Positions 52,386-64,000 of a stretch of DNA of 64,000 nucleotides are shown in pieces. Numbering within the stretch: position 1 is the stretch's first letter; each line of letters begins with the position of its first letter. A program made the translations under genes and the position numbers. Origin of the DNA: Octopus sinensis (Eukaryota); NCBI RefSeq assembly GCF_006345805.1, contig NC_043001.1, forward strand, positions 121,768,001-121,832,000, read 5' to 3'. The notes under the pieces were generated by a model. That model searched no databases. It saw only the letters and a program-made list of their open reading frames with translations, and was not told the DNA's origin.

Positions 52386-53179
52386 TTCTACCAATTATAT
52401 ACGTTTTTATTATTTTTTGCAATTTACTTAATCATTGGTATTTTATTGTTATTTTAATTTTAATATTTCTATTATATGTAATTTTCTAGATGGTGTAATT
52501 TAATTGTTCATTATGAATTGATAAAAGGTGTTTTTTTTTCTAATTTTATATATATATATATATTATATTGTGTGAAATTTGATTTAGTATTTCTAAATTG
52601 AATTTTTTCCCGGTAAGTTAGGATTAATATTCCCTCAAATAATTATTATATATATGTATATATATTCCTTCATTTATTATTATTTCTTTATCAATAACCT
52701 CATTACTCTATCAATCTTTTTTCTTGCATTCCACTTCATGCCGCTAATATCTTGAAGCAAAGATTTAGATGTTATTAAGATAGTTAACGTGAACGGTTTC
52801 AAAGAGAAGCAATTTTAACCTCTTAACATACATTTTTTTTTTTCAATTTCCATGCAAAAAAAAAAAAAAAATTTATTATTCATATTTAATCTGTATATAA
52901 GTAAGAATAAGTAGACAAATTATTTTGGATCAGTTATCATTTATTATGAAGTTACTGCTAGAAATGATAGTTGCTAATAATTAAGGATAAAAAAAAAAAC
53001 AGAAATAGCATCATGAACGAAGTATTTCGTGTTAGATATAAGTAACAGATATCTTCAGATACAATAAACGTATATTTTCGTTCAAATATATTTTTAGTAG
53101 ACATCTCTGGACGAAAATATACGGGGAAGTATGTTAAGCGGTTAAGTGAAAAGTAGTAACTGCCGGAAGGATGGAAAGC

Positions 53180-54050
53180 TAATAACAAACATTTTGCTGA
53201 TAATGGTTTTAAATTTTGGTGAAAGGTAGCAATTTTAGGGGAGACGTTAAATCGATTACATCGACCTCACCCCAATACTCAACTGGTACTTATTTTATCG
53301 ACCCCAAAAGCATGAAAGGAGAAATCGACCTCCGCAGAATTTGAACTCAGAACGTAAAGAACTGAAAGAAGCGCTGCTAAGCATTTAGTCCGCCGTGTTA
53401 ATGGTTCTACCGTTCGCTGCCTTGATAATAAGCTTTCCTCTATAGGCACAAGTCCCGAAATTTCGATTACATTGACCCCAGTGCTCTACTGGTACTTATG
53501 TTATCGACCCCGAAAGGACGAAAGATAGGGTCGACCTTGACGGTAATTGAACTCAGGAAGTATAGAGTCTCAACAAATGCCGCTTAGCATTTTGCTCAGC
53601 GTGCAAACGATTCTGCCAGTTCGTGATCTTGATAATAATCCTTTCTACTATAGGCACAATAATTGATATTTTGGGGGAAGGGGCCTTGACGATAACATCG
53701 ACCCCAGTGTCCAACTAGTACTTATTTCATCGACCCTGAAAAGATGAAAAGCAGAGTCGACATCGGCGGAATTTCAACTCAGACCGTAAAAACGGACGAA
53801 ATGCCGCTAAGCATTTTTCCCGGCATGCTAACGATTTTGCCAGTCCACCTTCAAATTTTGGCACAAAGCCAGCAATTTTTATAGGATGGGAAAGTCGATT
53901 ACTTCAACACCAATGCTCAACTGGTACTTATTTTATCGATCCAGAAAGAATGAAAGGTAAAGTCGTCCTCCACGGATTTTAAACCAAGAACATAAAGAGC
54001 CGAAAGAAATACCACTAACTATTTTGTCCGACGCACTAGCGATTCTTCCA
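53180..54050 (-). mobile_element. Head-to-tail cluster of about 4 diverged SINE C copies
   Basis: Four repeats of gaccccagt..actggtactta..atcgaccc.gaaa.gatgaaag..gtcgacc..ggaatttgaactcag. Confidence 0.85.
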
Positions 54051-54764
54051 GCCTGTTTCAATCTTTGCTATTAAAGGGAAACGATAACTGTCGCTACATT
54101 TTTCATTAAATATGTTAAACATGCGCCACAGAAACCGGGAAACCGGGCCCACGAGCCTGGCTAGGCTTGAAAAGGGCGCATAAATAAAAAAAAATGTTAA
54201 ACAAAACATTTTATAAGCAATTTTTCAGCATTAAGAGATTGATTTTGCAGTACAGGTGTAATATCGATTTTTCAGAACCTTTTGCTCCAAAGACATTCCG
54301 GATAACTGATTTTTCCGAACCAAGGGTTGTCACCTCTAAATGAAATATATATCAAATATACTATATTACTAAATGAAATACAGATACTTATACATTAGTA
54401 TATATGACGGAAATTTATTAATACTGTAGTGTGCAAAGTACTGTGAAACAGGGTTGGCCAGTAAAGAATCTAATCTGGTGGCCGCGGGATTTTGAAGTTC
54501 CTTCTCGTCAATTATTGCGGGTTATAAGAGGTTCTGGATCATCAGAGTCCGAAAAGAAGGTATTGAACTTGTATCAGCTACTTTCATTTCTATTTACATT
54601 TTTAAAAAATATTGTATTAGCAGGTACAGGTGTGTGGTAAGCAGCTTGTTTCTCAGTCACCCCGTCATTGCATGGCACCTTGGGCGAGTTTGTACTATCA
54701 CAGCCATGGGTCGACCATTATATATATATTAATATATATATATTATATATATATATATATATTA

Positions 54765-55410
54765 TATATAGAGGGCATTATACATACATGCCAGGAGGCG
54801 GCATCTACATACACGCCATACGCTAAGAGGGACAATCAGTCATTTCTACCAAAAATATTACTCCCACCGAATGCAATTTTTCAAAGAAAGACATTTAAAA
54901 ATATATAGACCTGTATCACAGTGATTTCATATTACGTATCATCAGCAGGCCTGAATATACTATAAATAAACAACGACCCCTGCCTCGCTTAAGCCGATCA
55001 GCTAACTGATCAACATCAACGAAGCACATGGGTGGGGTTATATATACTATATCCGGATGAATGGCAAACTTTTACGAATTGCATTTCGGGAGAGGAAAGT
55101 TTTTTCGGAATAAAAATTTAGCAATTAAGGACAACTACTTAATAAGGAAAACTAACAAGAATTGTCAGGTAGATAGCGTAAAAACCTCATAAGAGAAAAA
55201 ATTTCGAAAATAATTATTTCTTATTGAACATATTAATTTATATATAGAGGCATTATACATACATGCCAGGAGGCATTCTACATACACGCCATACGCTAAG
55301 AGGGACAATCAGTCATTTCTACCAAAAATATTACTAATCCCACCGAATGCAATTTTTCAAAGAAGACATTTAAAATATATAGACCTGTATCACAGTGATT
55401 TCATACTTAC
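54765..55410 (-). mobile_element. Retrozyme/Penelope-like element: ~165-bp direct repeats 474 bp apart carrying a hammerhead
   Basis: Repeats at about 54765-54930 and 55242-55405. The downstream (minus-sense) repeat has the whole hammerhead; the upstream one is truncated in stem II. Flanked by (TA)n. Confidence 0.7.
54909..54950 (-). ncRNA. Type I hammerhead ribozyme
   Basis: GCCTG-CTGATGA-TACGTAATAT-GAA-ATCA(CTG)TGAT-A|CAGGT. 5-bp stem I and AUA triplet. Stem II is one base short here but is TAC(GTAA)GTA when completed from the second repeat. Confidence 0.7.
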
Positions 55411-55473
55411 TTATATATATATATATTATATCTATATTATCTATATATATATATATATATATTATAATATATC

Positions 55474-55506
<33 letters not shown>

Positions 55507-55789
55507 AATCCAAACGGAAAACAGAAAAAACAACAACACGTGGAACAGTTACAGTAATATATATATTATATATAATTATATATATATATATATATACTTG
55601 TTATTAAAAAGTAGAAAAAATATCACAAAACTGGTACTCAGAGTTTCACTTCCAGTTCATTGGACAGTTTTGTTAGAATTCAGATACCTCTGGAATTCAA
55701 GTACTATTTTTTCCACCTTGTTTCGCATATGTGTGTGTGTGTGTGTATGTGTGTGTGTATGTGTGTGTGTGTGTGTATGTATATACACA

Positions 55790-55833
<44 letters not shown>

Positions 55834-56110
55834 TCTTATATATAAAAGTGAAGTTGTGTGAGTGTCTGTCTCCTACATTTTGCGGTGCAGTTTAACCAAA
55901 AGCGGGAATCTTATAGTCGTGATTCATATCGAGTCCTTCTGGGTATTAGCGCGCGTCTACGATGAGTCTACGATAAAAAAATAATTTACCATCATTTTAT
56001 TCCTATTTTTAATGCATTTTTTTGCTATTATATAAGGGAAGTAACTCTCTAAAAATGCTTATATAGTTATTTCCCTTACAAACCCGAGCAACGCCGGGCG
56101 ATAATGCTAG
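55834..56110 (+). mobile_element. Non-autonomous Helitron
   Basis: A|TC start, hairpin, CTAG|T end; same family as 30167 and 42479. Confidence 0.85.
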
Positions 56111-56150
<40 letters not shown>

Positions 56151-58966
56151 ATATATATATATATATATATAATATTCTTTTATGTTTCAGCCTTGTTTCA
56201 GTTATTTGACCACGGTCATGATGGAGCATCGCCCTGAAGGGTTTTTAGTCGAACAAATCGACCCCAGGAATTTAATTTTAAATCCCAGTACTCACTCTAT
56301 CGCTCTTTTTTGTTGAACCGCTAAGCTACGGGAACGTAAATACACTAACACCGGTTGTTAAACGGTGATGGGGAGGGGAGAAACCGACACAAAGACACAC
56401 ACACACACACGCACAGATACACATACACACATACACACACACACATATATGACGGGCTTCTTTCAGTTTCCGTCAACCAAATCCACTCACAAGGCTTTCG
56501 TTGACCCGAGGCTGCAGTAGAAGAGACTCACCCAAGGTGCCGCGCGGTTGAACTAAACCTGGATCTCTGTGGTTGGAAACCAAGCTTCTTCCCACAGCCG
56601 TGTATGTATATGTGTGTGCTTATGTTTGTGTTGTGCCTGTCCCCCGCCAGCGTTGATTTGTGTTTGTCCCAACCAGTGTTGGTTTGTTTACGTCCCCATG
56701 AATTATTCGGCATGGGAGATCGACAGAATAGTACCAGGTATTAAATAAAATAAAAAAAAAGTACTGGGTTTCAATTCGATCGACCTAAAATTCTTCAAGG
56801 CGTGCCTCAGCAAGGCCACAGTCTAATGACTGAAGCAAGTAAAAATTAAAAGGTATTAAGTGAGGAAATTTTACGTGGCTGTATGGTAAGAAGCTTGCTT
56901 TCCGACCACAGGGTTCCGGGTTGGGTTCAGTCCCACTGCGTAGCACCTTCGCTAAGTCTCTTCTACTATGGCGCCGGGCCGACCAAAGCCTTGTGAAAGG
57001 ATTTGGTAGACGGAAACTGAAACTGAAATGTATGTATGTATGTATGTATGTATGTATGTATGTATGTATGTATGTATGTATGTATGTGTGCGTGCGTGCG
57101 TGTGTGTATGTGTGTGTGTGTGTGTGTTGTGTGTGTGTGTTTCCCCTCACCAACGCTTGACAAATGATGTTGGTATGTTTACGCTCCCGTAACTTAGCGG
57201 TTCGGCAAAAGAGACCGATAGAATAAGTACTAGGTTTCCAAAGAATAAGTCCTGGGGTCGGTTTGTTCGACTAAAGGTGGTGCTCCAGCATGGCCGCAGT
57301 CAAATGAGTGAAACATGTAAACGAATAAAGAATGTTGTGGGTTAATTGAAATTGGTTATTCCTCGAAGACTATGGTTGAGTTTCCATACATTTCGAACTT
57401 TACAAACAGATCACAAGATAAAAGGCACGCTGAAATATCTGCTTCGCAAAGCATTCATGGAATTTTTAAACTTTTACTCAAAATTTCTAAAATTCTTTAG
57501 GAGAAATTTTTGAAGAATTATCTAGATTAATGAATTCTACACTGGCACCGCAAAAAAATGTCATTATCTTGAGACATTCAAATGCTTTGTGAGTGAAACT
57601 GGTTCACAGAAATTGCGCGAAAGCCGTCGAAGCTGGCAGAAACGTTAGCACGCCGGGCGAGATGCTTAGCGGTATTTCGCCTGCCGCTACATTCTGAGTT
57701 CAAATTCCGCCGAGGTCGACTTTGCCTTTCATCCTTTCGGGGTCCATAAATTAAATACCAGTTACACACTGGAGTCGATGTAATCGACTTAATCCCTTTG
57801 TCCTTGTTTGTCTCCTCTATATTTAGCCCCTTGTGGGCAATAAATAAATATGAAATTGCGTGAAACCCATTGCTTGACAACTAGTTTTGGTATGTTTACG
57901 CCCCTGTAACTAGCGGTTCAGTAAAAAATACCGATAGAATAAATACTAAGCTTCAAAATAACCCTAACCGTAATTACACCCTTCAAGGCGATGCTCCAAC
58001 ATGACCGCTGTCTAAAGACTGAAACAAGTGAAAGATAAGATTTCACTTCGAAACTGCAGAGAGTAAGGACCCTGACGAAACTGCACCGACCATGACACCA
58101 GGTTGCATATCCAACAGTGTGCAGCCGATTAGAGAAATTGAATTTCTCTAATTGAACTAATTGAATATAGAAACGGCTGTAGTGATAAGAATCTCATTAT
58201 TTTGATTTGAATTTCTTTGAGTAAACTGATGTCTATACGTCAATATCTGCATTTTATTCTTTTTCTCATCCATATATTAAATTACTACGATGATCCGGTT
58301 CTTGACTGAAGACTGAGGGGTCGAATGTCCTGTCCTTGTTTATTGTATCGTCTTCTATGAGTTATACGTTCTTGTCCATGTTGTATTTTTCTACATACCT
58401 TAATATATATATATATATATAACGGGAAGCTTTATGAAAATAGACAAAAGACGAAGGCAGGTGGAAAACAAACAAACAATTGTATTAGTATGGCGCTCAG
58501 GAATATAAATAAAACAAGTCTTTAACGTTTCGAGCCTACGCTCTTCAACAGAAGATACACAGAGAGAAAAAAACACAGAAGAAGGAGAGAAAAAAAATGC
58601 GTGCAGTAACTAACGAACCAACATGGCGATCTGATTTCGGCCAGAAGTCAGAGATCAACGTGAGACGCGAGAGCGAAATTAGGGGAGATATAGGGTTGAG
58701 TGACCAGCTCCAACATAAGGGTGTGTGGTGTGTATGAGAGAGTATTAGTGCGTGTGAGAGGTCTGGACGTGTGTATGTATAGGGTTGGTGTATGTTAGTA
58801 TGTATTAGTTGGTGTATGTATTAGTATGGCACATCATATATGATGTGATGTGTAAAGTCGTGTGGTGTAGTGTGGAGAGAGGAGAAGAGGGGAGGGGGAG
58901 ATGGGGGGAGAGAGGAGAAGAGAGAGGAGGGGAGAAGGAAGGGGAGGAGGAAGGAGGAAGAGGGAT

Positions 58967-59012
<46 letters not shown>

Positions 59013-60135
59013 CATACATACACATATACACACACATATACATATATAGTCAATTCAATGAACAAGCAATTCAAAAAACAAAAAAAGCGAAAAAAGAGGA
59101 GAAAGAAAGCGAAAAGAAGAAGAAAAACGAACGTGAGGGCGTGCACAAGAATTATATTAGGTTGACGGTCGGTGAAAGGAGAGAGATATTAATGTTTCGA
59201 GCATGGCTCTTCGTCGGAAAGGGGAAGAGGAAAAGTCCAAAGAAGAAAGAAAATCGTCAACGGTCCACGTGTGGTTACATATGTGTTTATGCCTTATTTC
59301 TTTATTGCCCACAAGGGGCTAAACATAGAGCGGACAAACAGGGACACACAAAGGGATTAAGTAGATTACATCGACCCAGTGTGCAACAGGCACTTAATTT
59401 ATCGACCTCGAAAGGATGAAAGGCAAAGTCGACCTCGACGGAATTTGAACTTACTATAGTAACTGGCACGGGGCCAGTTACTATAGTATAAATATTCAAA
59501 CATTGTCACCATCTTTCCAAATCTTGCTGCATTTCACATGGAATTTTTGGTCTTCCAAAGTCGTCTTGGTGTATAAGTCGACCTCTCTCTCTCTCTCTTA
59601 GATAAACGACTAGATAAAATTGTCTTGCAAATTTTAGAGTTAATTCCATTTACAAAACTATTGTTAAAGTACCATACCAACTCATAAAAAAGTTCTTGAT
59701 TGATATGGGAATTAATATTAAAAACTCGTTTTACTATTGCAGCAGACACAGTTCCAAACCAACTGCGGCGTTAATAATTCTCTTCACACATTAATGAAAT
59801 TAAATAATCCAAATTGATTCTCATAAAATGCATTTATCGTTCTCTCTCCCCATTTAGCATTTTCCCATGTCGCTGAAGAATTATCTTCGAACATTGACTC
59901 TAAGTTACAAATGTTTCCACAAATCAGCGCTGGGAAGGCAATCTGATGTGAAAGTATGTAAACTGATCGATGTTGTTGATGAATCATTGAAAACTATTTC
60001 TCTTTCAGTCAAAAGGTGATTGGAGAAAAGTTACAAAAATCCTTAGCCAGTGAGAAACCTTAAATTTGCGTTTTCAAAATGCATTATCTTCTTGTAACAA
60101 GTATTACGAAAGGGTATTTATCAGACGTATTTTAA

Positions 60136-60366
60136 GGCGGCGAGCTGGCAGAAACGTTAGCACGCCGGGCGAAATGCTTAGCTGTATTTCGTCTGCCGTT
60201 ACGTTGTGAGTTCAAATTCCGCCGAGGTCGACTTTGCCTTTCATCCTTTCGGAGTCGATAAATTAAGTACCAGTTACGCACTGGGGTCGATGTAATCGAC
60301 TTAATACCTATGTCTGTCCTTGTTTGTCCTCTCTGTGTTTAGCCCCTTGTGGGTAGTAAAGAAATA
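60136..60366 (+). mobile_element. Near-consensus SINE C with 17-bp TSD
   Basis: ggtatttatcagacgta at 60113-60129 and 60367-60383 (6 extra nt at the 5' junction). Confidence 0.9.
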
Positions 60367-60466
60367 GGTATTTATCAGACGTAGCTGTTTGGTAAAAAGA
60401 TTTTTCTCAATCCCATTGCTCTGGGTTCAGTCCCATTGCGTGGTACCTCGAGCAAGTGTCTTCTAC

Positions 60467-60625
60467 CAGGGCCGATCCCAGGAATTTTTCTAAAGGAGGG
60501 AACAAAATCAGAAGAGAATACAATTCCAAGAGAAAAGGTGCGTAATACCATTATTTAGAAGGACGTACTTCTTTTCTTGAGGGGGCACGTAGCCCTCTGG
60601 TCCTCCCTCCTTGGGTCCGCCCCTG
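60467..60625. mobile_element. MITE nested in a SINE A core
   Basis: Ends cagggccgatcc / gggtccgcccctg. The SINE A consensus is interrupted after gtgtcttctac. TSD not clear. Confidence 0.6.
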
Positions 60626-61177
60626 TTTAATTTAACTTCGGGTCGACTAAAACCTTGTGAGTGGATTTGATAAAAGGAAACTGAAAGAAGTCCGTCATAT
60701 ATCTTTTATCTTTCACTTGTTTCAGTAATTGGTCTGTGGCTACGATGAGGAATCGCCCCCAGTACTTATTATCCTTATTTTTAATGCCACATGCTAATTC
60801 TATCGGTCTCATTTGCTGAATCACTAAGTTACAGGGACATAAACACACCAACACCAGTTAAGAGGTGGTGGTGGTGGTGGTGATGGTGGTGGTGATGGTG
60901 GTGGTGGGAACAAACACAGATGCAAAGAAACGCACAAGCACGCACACACACAAACACACATACACGCACGCATGCACACAAACACACAACCAACCCACAC
61001 ACATATGTACATACGACGGGCTTCTTTTAGTTTCCGTCTACCTAATCCACTCACAAGGTTTTGGTCGGCCCGAGGTTATAAAAGAAGATACTTACCCAAG
61101 GTGCCATGTAGTTAGGCGGCGAATTTACTACACAGTCACGTCTGGGCCATGTGTGTGTGGGTGTGTGAGTGTGTGTG

Positions 61178-61222
<45 letters not shown>

Positions 61223-61734
61223 ATGCGTGTGTGCGTGTGCATGTGTGTGTTCGCGCGCGCGCTTGTGTGTATACGTGTTTGCGTGCGCGCGCGTGTGCGC
61301 GTGTGTATCCATGCGCGCGCGTTGTGCATGTGCGTGTGTATATGTGTATATGTGCGTCTGTGTCTGTATGTGTGTATGTGTTTGTTTCCCCACCACTTGA
61401 CAGCTAGTGTTGATTTGTTCGTGCCTCCGGAACCTAGCAGTTCAGCAGAAGAAATCGATAGAATACGTAGCAGACTTTAAAACAAGAGTACCGGGATCAA
61501 TTTGTTCGACTAAACCTTTCAAGGCGGTACCCCCAGCATGGGGCTGCTGTCCAATGAGTGAAACAAGTAAAAGATAAAATCTATGTTGTGACACAATTAA
61601 GGAACATTATGTCACGTTTATGAGATCGTGGTCGAGTGAATTTGAAAACGAAAAATTAATTGCTGTTTCCTGAAGTATCCTCTATGTGTTATGTACTTCT
61701 TCGTTGGTTATGCTTACAAGAAATTTGCGTCCTC

Positions 61735-62300
61735 AGTACGTGAGGGCCAGTCGATTAGATCGACCCCAGTACGCAACTGGTACTTAATTTATCGAACTCG
61801 AAAGGGTGAAAGGCAAAGTCGACCTTGGCGGAATGTGAACTCAGAACATAAAGACAGACGAAATACTGCTAAGCATTTCGTCCGGCGCGCTAACGATTCT
61901 TTTCTTCTCTAGGCACAAGGTCCGAAATTTGGGGGGAGGGAGCCAGTCGATTAGATCGACCCCAGTACGCAACTGGTACTTAATTTATCGACCCCGAAAG
62001 GATGAAAGGCAAAGTCGACCTCGGCGGAATTTGAACTCAGAACGTAAAGACAGACGAAATACCTATTTCTTTACTACCCACAAGGGGCTAAACACAGAGA
62101 GGACAAACAAGGACAGACAAACGGATTAAGTCGATTATATCGACCCCAGTGCATAACAGGTACTTATTTAATCGACCCCGAAAGGATGAAAGGCAAAGTC
62201 GACCTCGGCGGAATTTGAACTCAGAACGTAACGGCAGACAAAATACCGCAAAGCAGTTCGCCCGGCGTGCTTAACGTTTCTGCCAGCTCGCCGCCTTAAA
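61735..62300 (-). mobile_element. Tandem/nested cluster of 3-4 SINE C copies
   Basis: Repeated C core with a self-junction gacgaaatac|ctatttcttt at about 62060. Confidence 0.85.
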
Positions 62301-62929
62301 ATGAATTTAGACATTGAATCATCGCACACCTCATGTGAAAAAAATGACTTTGAGTACACATCTTCTAACTTTTTAACCAGTAAAATTTTATCAGCTCAAA
62401 TCTTCCAAGAACAAGGAAACGCTGTGTAAAAATGGAGGCTAAGCTTTCTTGAGACAGATATGCGAAGAACTTTTGCCCTGTGCATTTTGAAAAAGGGACC
62501 GATAGAACAAGTACTAAGTTTACAAAGAATAAGTCCTGGGGTCGATTTGCTCGACTAAAAGACGGTGCTCCAGCATGGCCACAGTCAAATGACTGAAACA
62601 AGTAAAAGAGTAAAAGAGAAAGGAGTATTAAAGATGTGTAATTTTATTCCTTTTATCGGTTTCATTTGTTAGACTACGTCTATGCTTGAGCGCAGCTTTA
62701 TACAGAATATAGTCGATTAAATTGACACATGTAATTATTTTATCGATAGGCACTTGACTTGTTTTATTGACTTCCGAAGGATGAAAGCAAAATGGACCAC
62801 GGTCTACTTTAGCGTAATCAAATATCACAAGGCATTTTTCTCCAATGCTCTACTAATTCTCACCACCATTCATGTAGAGTTTGTTGTGTCGAAATTTAAT
62901 TTCAGCTTCGTTCTTTTCCAATTCCTTTG

Positions 62930-63317
62930 TGGTTCGTGGCTCTCCGTCGGTTACGACGACGCGGGTTCCAGTTGATCCGATCAACGGAACAGCCTGCTCG
63001 TGAAATTAACGTGCAAGTGGCTGAGCACTCCACAGACACGTGTACCCTTAACGTAGTTCTCGGTGAGATCCAGCGTGGCACAGAGTGCGACAAAGCTGGC
63101 CCTTTGAAATACAGGTAGAACAGAAGCAAGAAGAAAGAGTGAGAGAAAGTTGTGGTGAACGAGTACAGCAGGGTTTATCTCCACCCACTGCCGGAGCCTC
63201 GTAGAATTTTAGATGTTTTCGATCAATAAACACTCACAACACCCGGTCAGGGAATCGAAATCGCGATCCTTCGACCGCGATTCCGCTGCCCTAATCACTG
63301 GACCATTGCGACTCCAC
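62930..63317 (-). mobile_element. tRNA-derived SINE family F
   Basis: Minus-strand head gtggagtcgcaatggtccagtgattagggc (A box) and gatttcgattcc (B box) followed by a ~320-bp GC-balanced body. Confidence 0.65.
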
Positions 63318-63852
63318 CCTTTGTGGTTAATATTTCCTTCTACTACGGGCATTTTGTGCTTTACATTCTGAGTTCAAATTCCTCCGGGGTCGGCTTTGCG
63401 TTTCATCTTTTCGGGGTCGATAAAATAAGTACCAGTTAAGCACTGGGGGTCAATCTAATCAACTTATCTCCCTAAAATTGCTGGCCATGTGCTAAAACTC
63501 GAAACCGATATTTCCTTCTACTAAGGCGGCAAGCAGGCAGAATCGTTAACACGCCGGGTAAAATGCTCAGCGGCATTTCGTCTGTCTTTATGTTCTGAGT
63601 TCAAGTTTGGCCGGGGTCGACTTTGACTTTCATACTTTCTGAGTCGATAAAATATGTACCAGTTGAGCACTGGGGTCGATGTAATGGTTTTAAGCCCTTC
63701 CCCGATCTTGCTTGCCTTGTACCAATATTTGAAACCAATATTTCCTTCTACTACGGGCACGAGGTCTGAAATCTTGTGGAGAGGGGGTTAGTCAATGATA
63801 CCGATCCCTTTACTCAACTGGTACTTATTTTATTGACTCCGATAATGCCGTA

Positions 63853-63883
<31 letters not shown>

Positions 63884-64000
63884 GCTTCGAATTTTACCAC
63901 AAGGGCAGTAATTTTGTAGGAGGGGATGAGTCGATTACATCGACCCGAGTGTTCAACTGGTATTAATTTTATCGACCCCGAAAGGATGAAAGGCAAAGGT

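Noticed and set aside
53005-53065. Minus-strand CTGAAGA...GAAAT spacing
   Set aside because: Stems I and III do not pair; likely chance.
58060-58335. CTGACGA...GAAACGGCTGTA and CTGAAGA...GAAT motifs
   Set aside because: Stem I is absent or the core is incomplete; at best an old Penelope-like relic.
66-63996. Most ORFs in the supplied track (YI, CV, HT, poly-V/T/L/D repeats and SINE-spanning frames)
   Set aside because: They are translations of microsatellites and recurrent SINE sequence, with no splice or homology support.
1-64000. CRISPR arrays, operons or functional tRNA/rRNA genes
   Set aside because: No fixed-repeat/unique-spacer array is present. The tRNA-like sequences are SINE heads, and the rRNA sequence is a NUMT fragment.

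Overview
AT-rich, microsatellite-saturated eukaryotic nuclear DNA, almost certainly from an octopus (cephalopod-type mitochondrial 16S insert; SINE families resembling known octopus tRNA-derived SINEs). Nearly all ORFs in the supplied track are microsatellite or SINE artefacts. The only host coding sequence I can recognise is the first coding exon of a CD9/CD81-like tetraspanin on the minus strand (40300-40235, MGLGGCYTCIKYLMFAFNFIFW, then GTAAGT). I could not locate its downstream exons. The rest is repeats: several SINE families (my labels A/B, C, D, E, F), non-autonomous Helitrons, hAT MITEs with 8-bp TSDs, a 5'-truncated RTE LINE nested in a SINE, an RLE-type LINE tail and a partly duplicated 16S NUMT. 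The main hidden signal is a set of type I hammerhead ribozyme motifs in small Penelope-like or retrozyme-like elements. Four are structurally near-complete (26174, 36381, 52282, 54909), and there are several decayed relatives. One sits in a direct repeat that defines a 474-nt unit between cleavage sites, and one sits in a palindrome. All folds were derived by eye and no searches were run.
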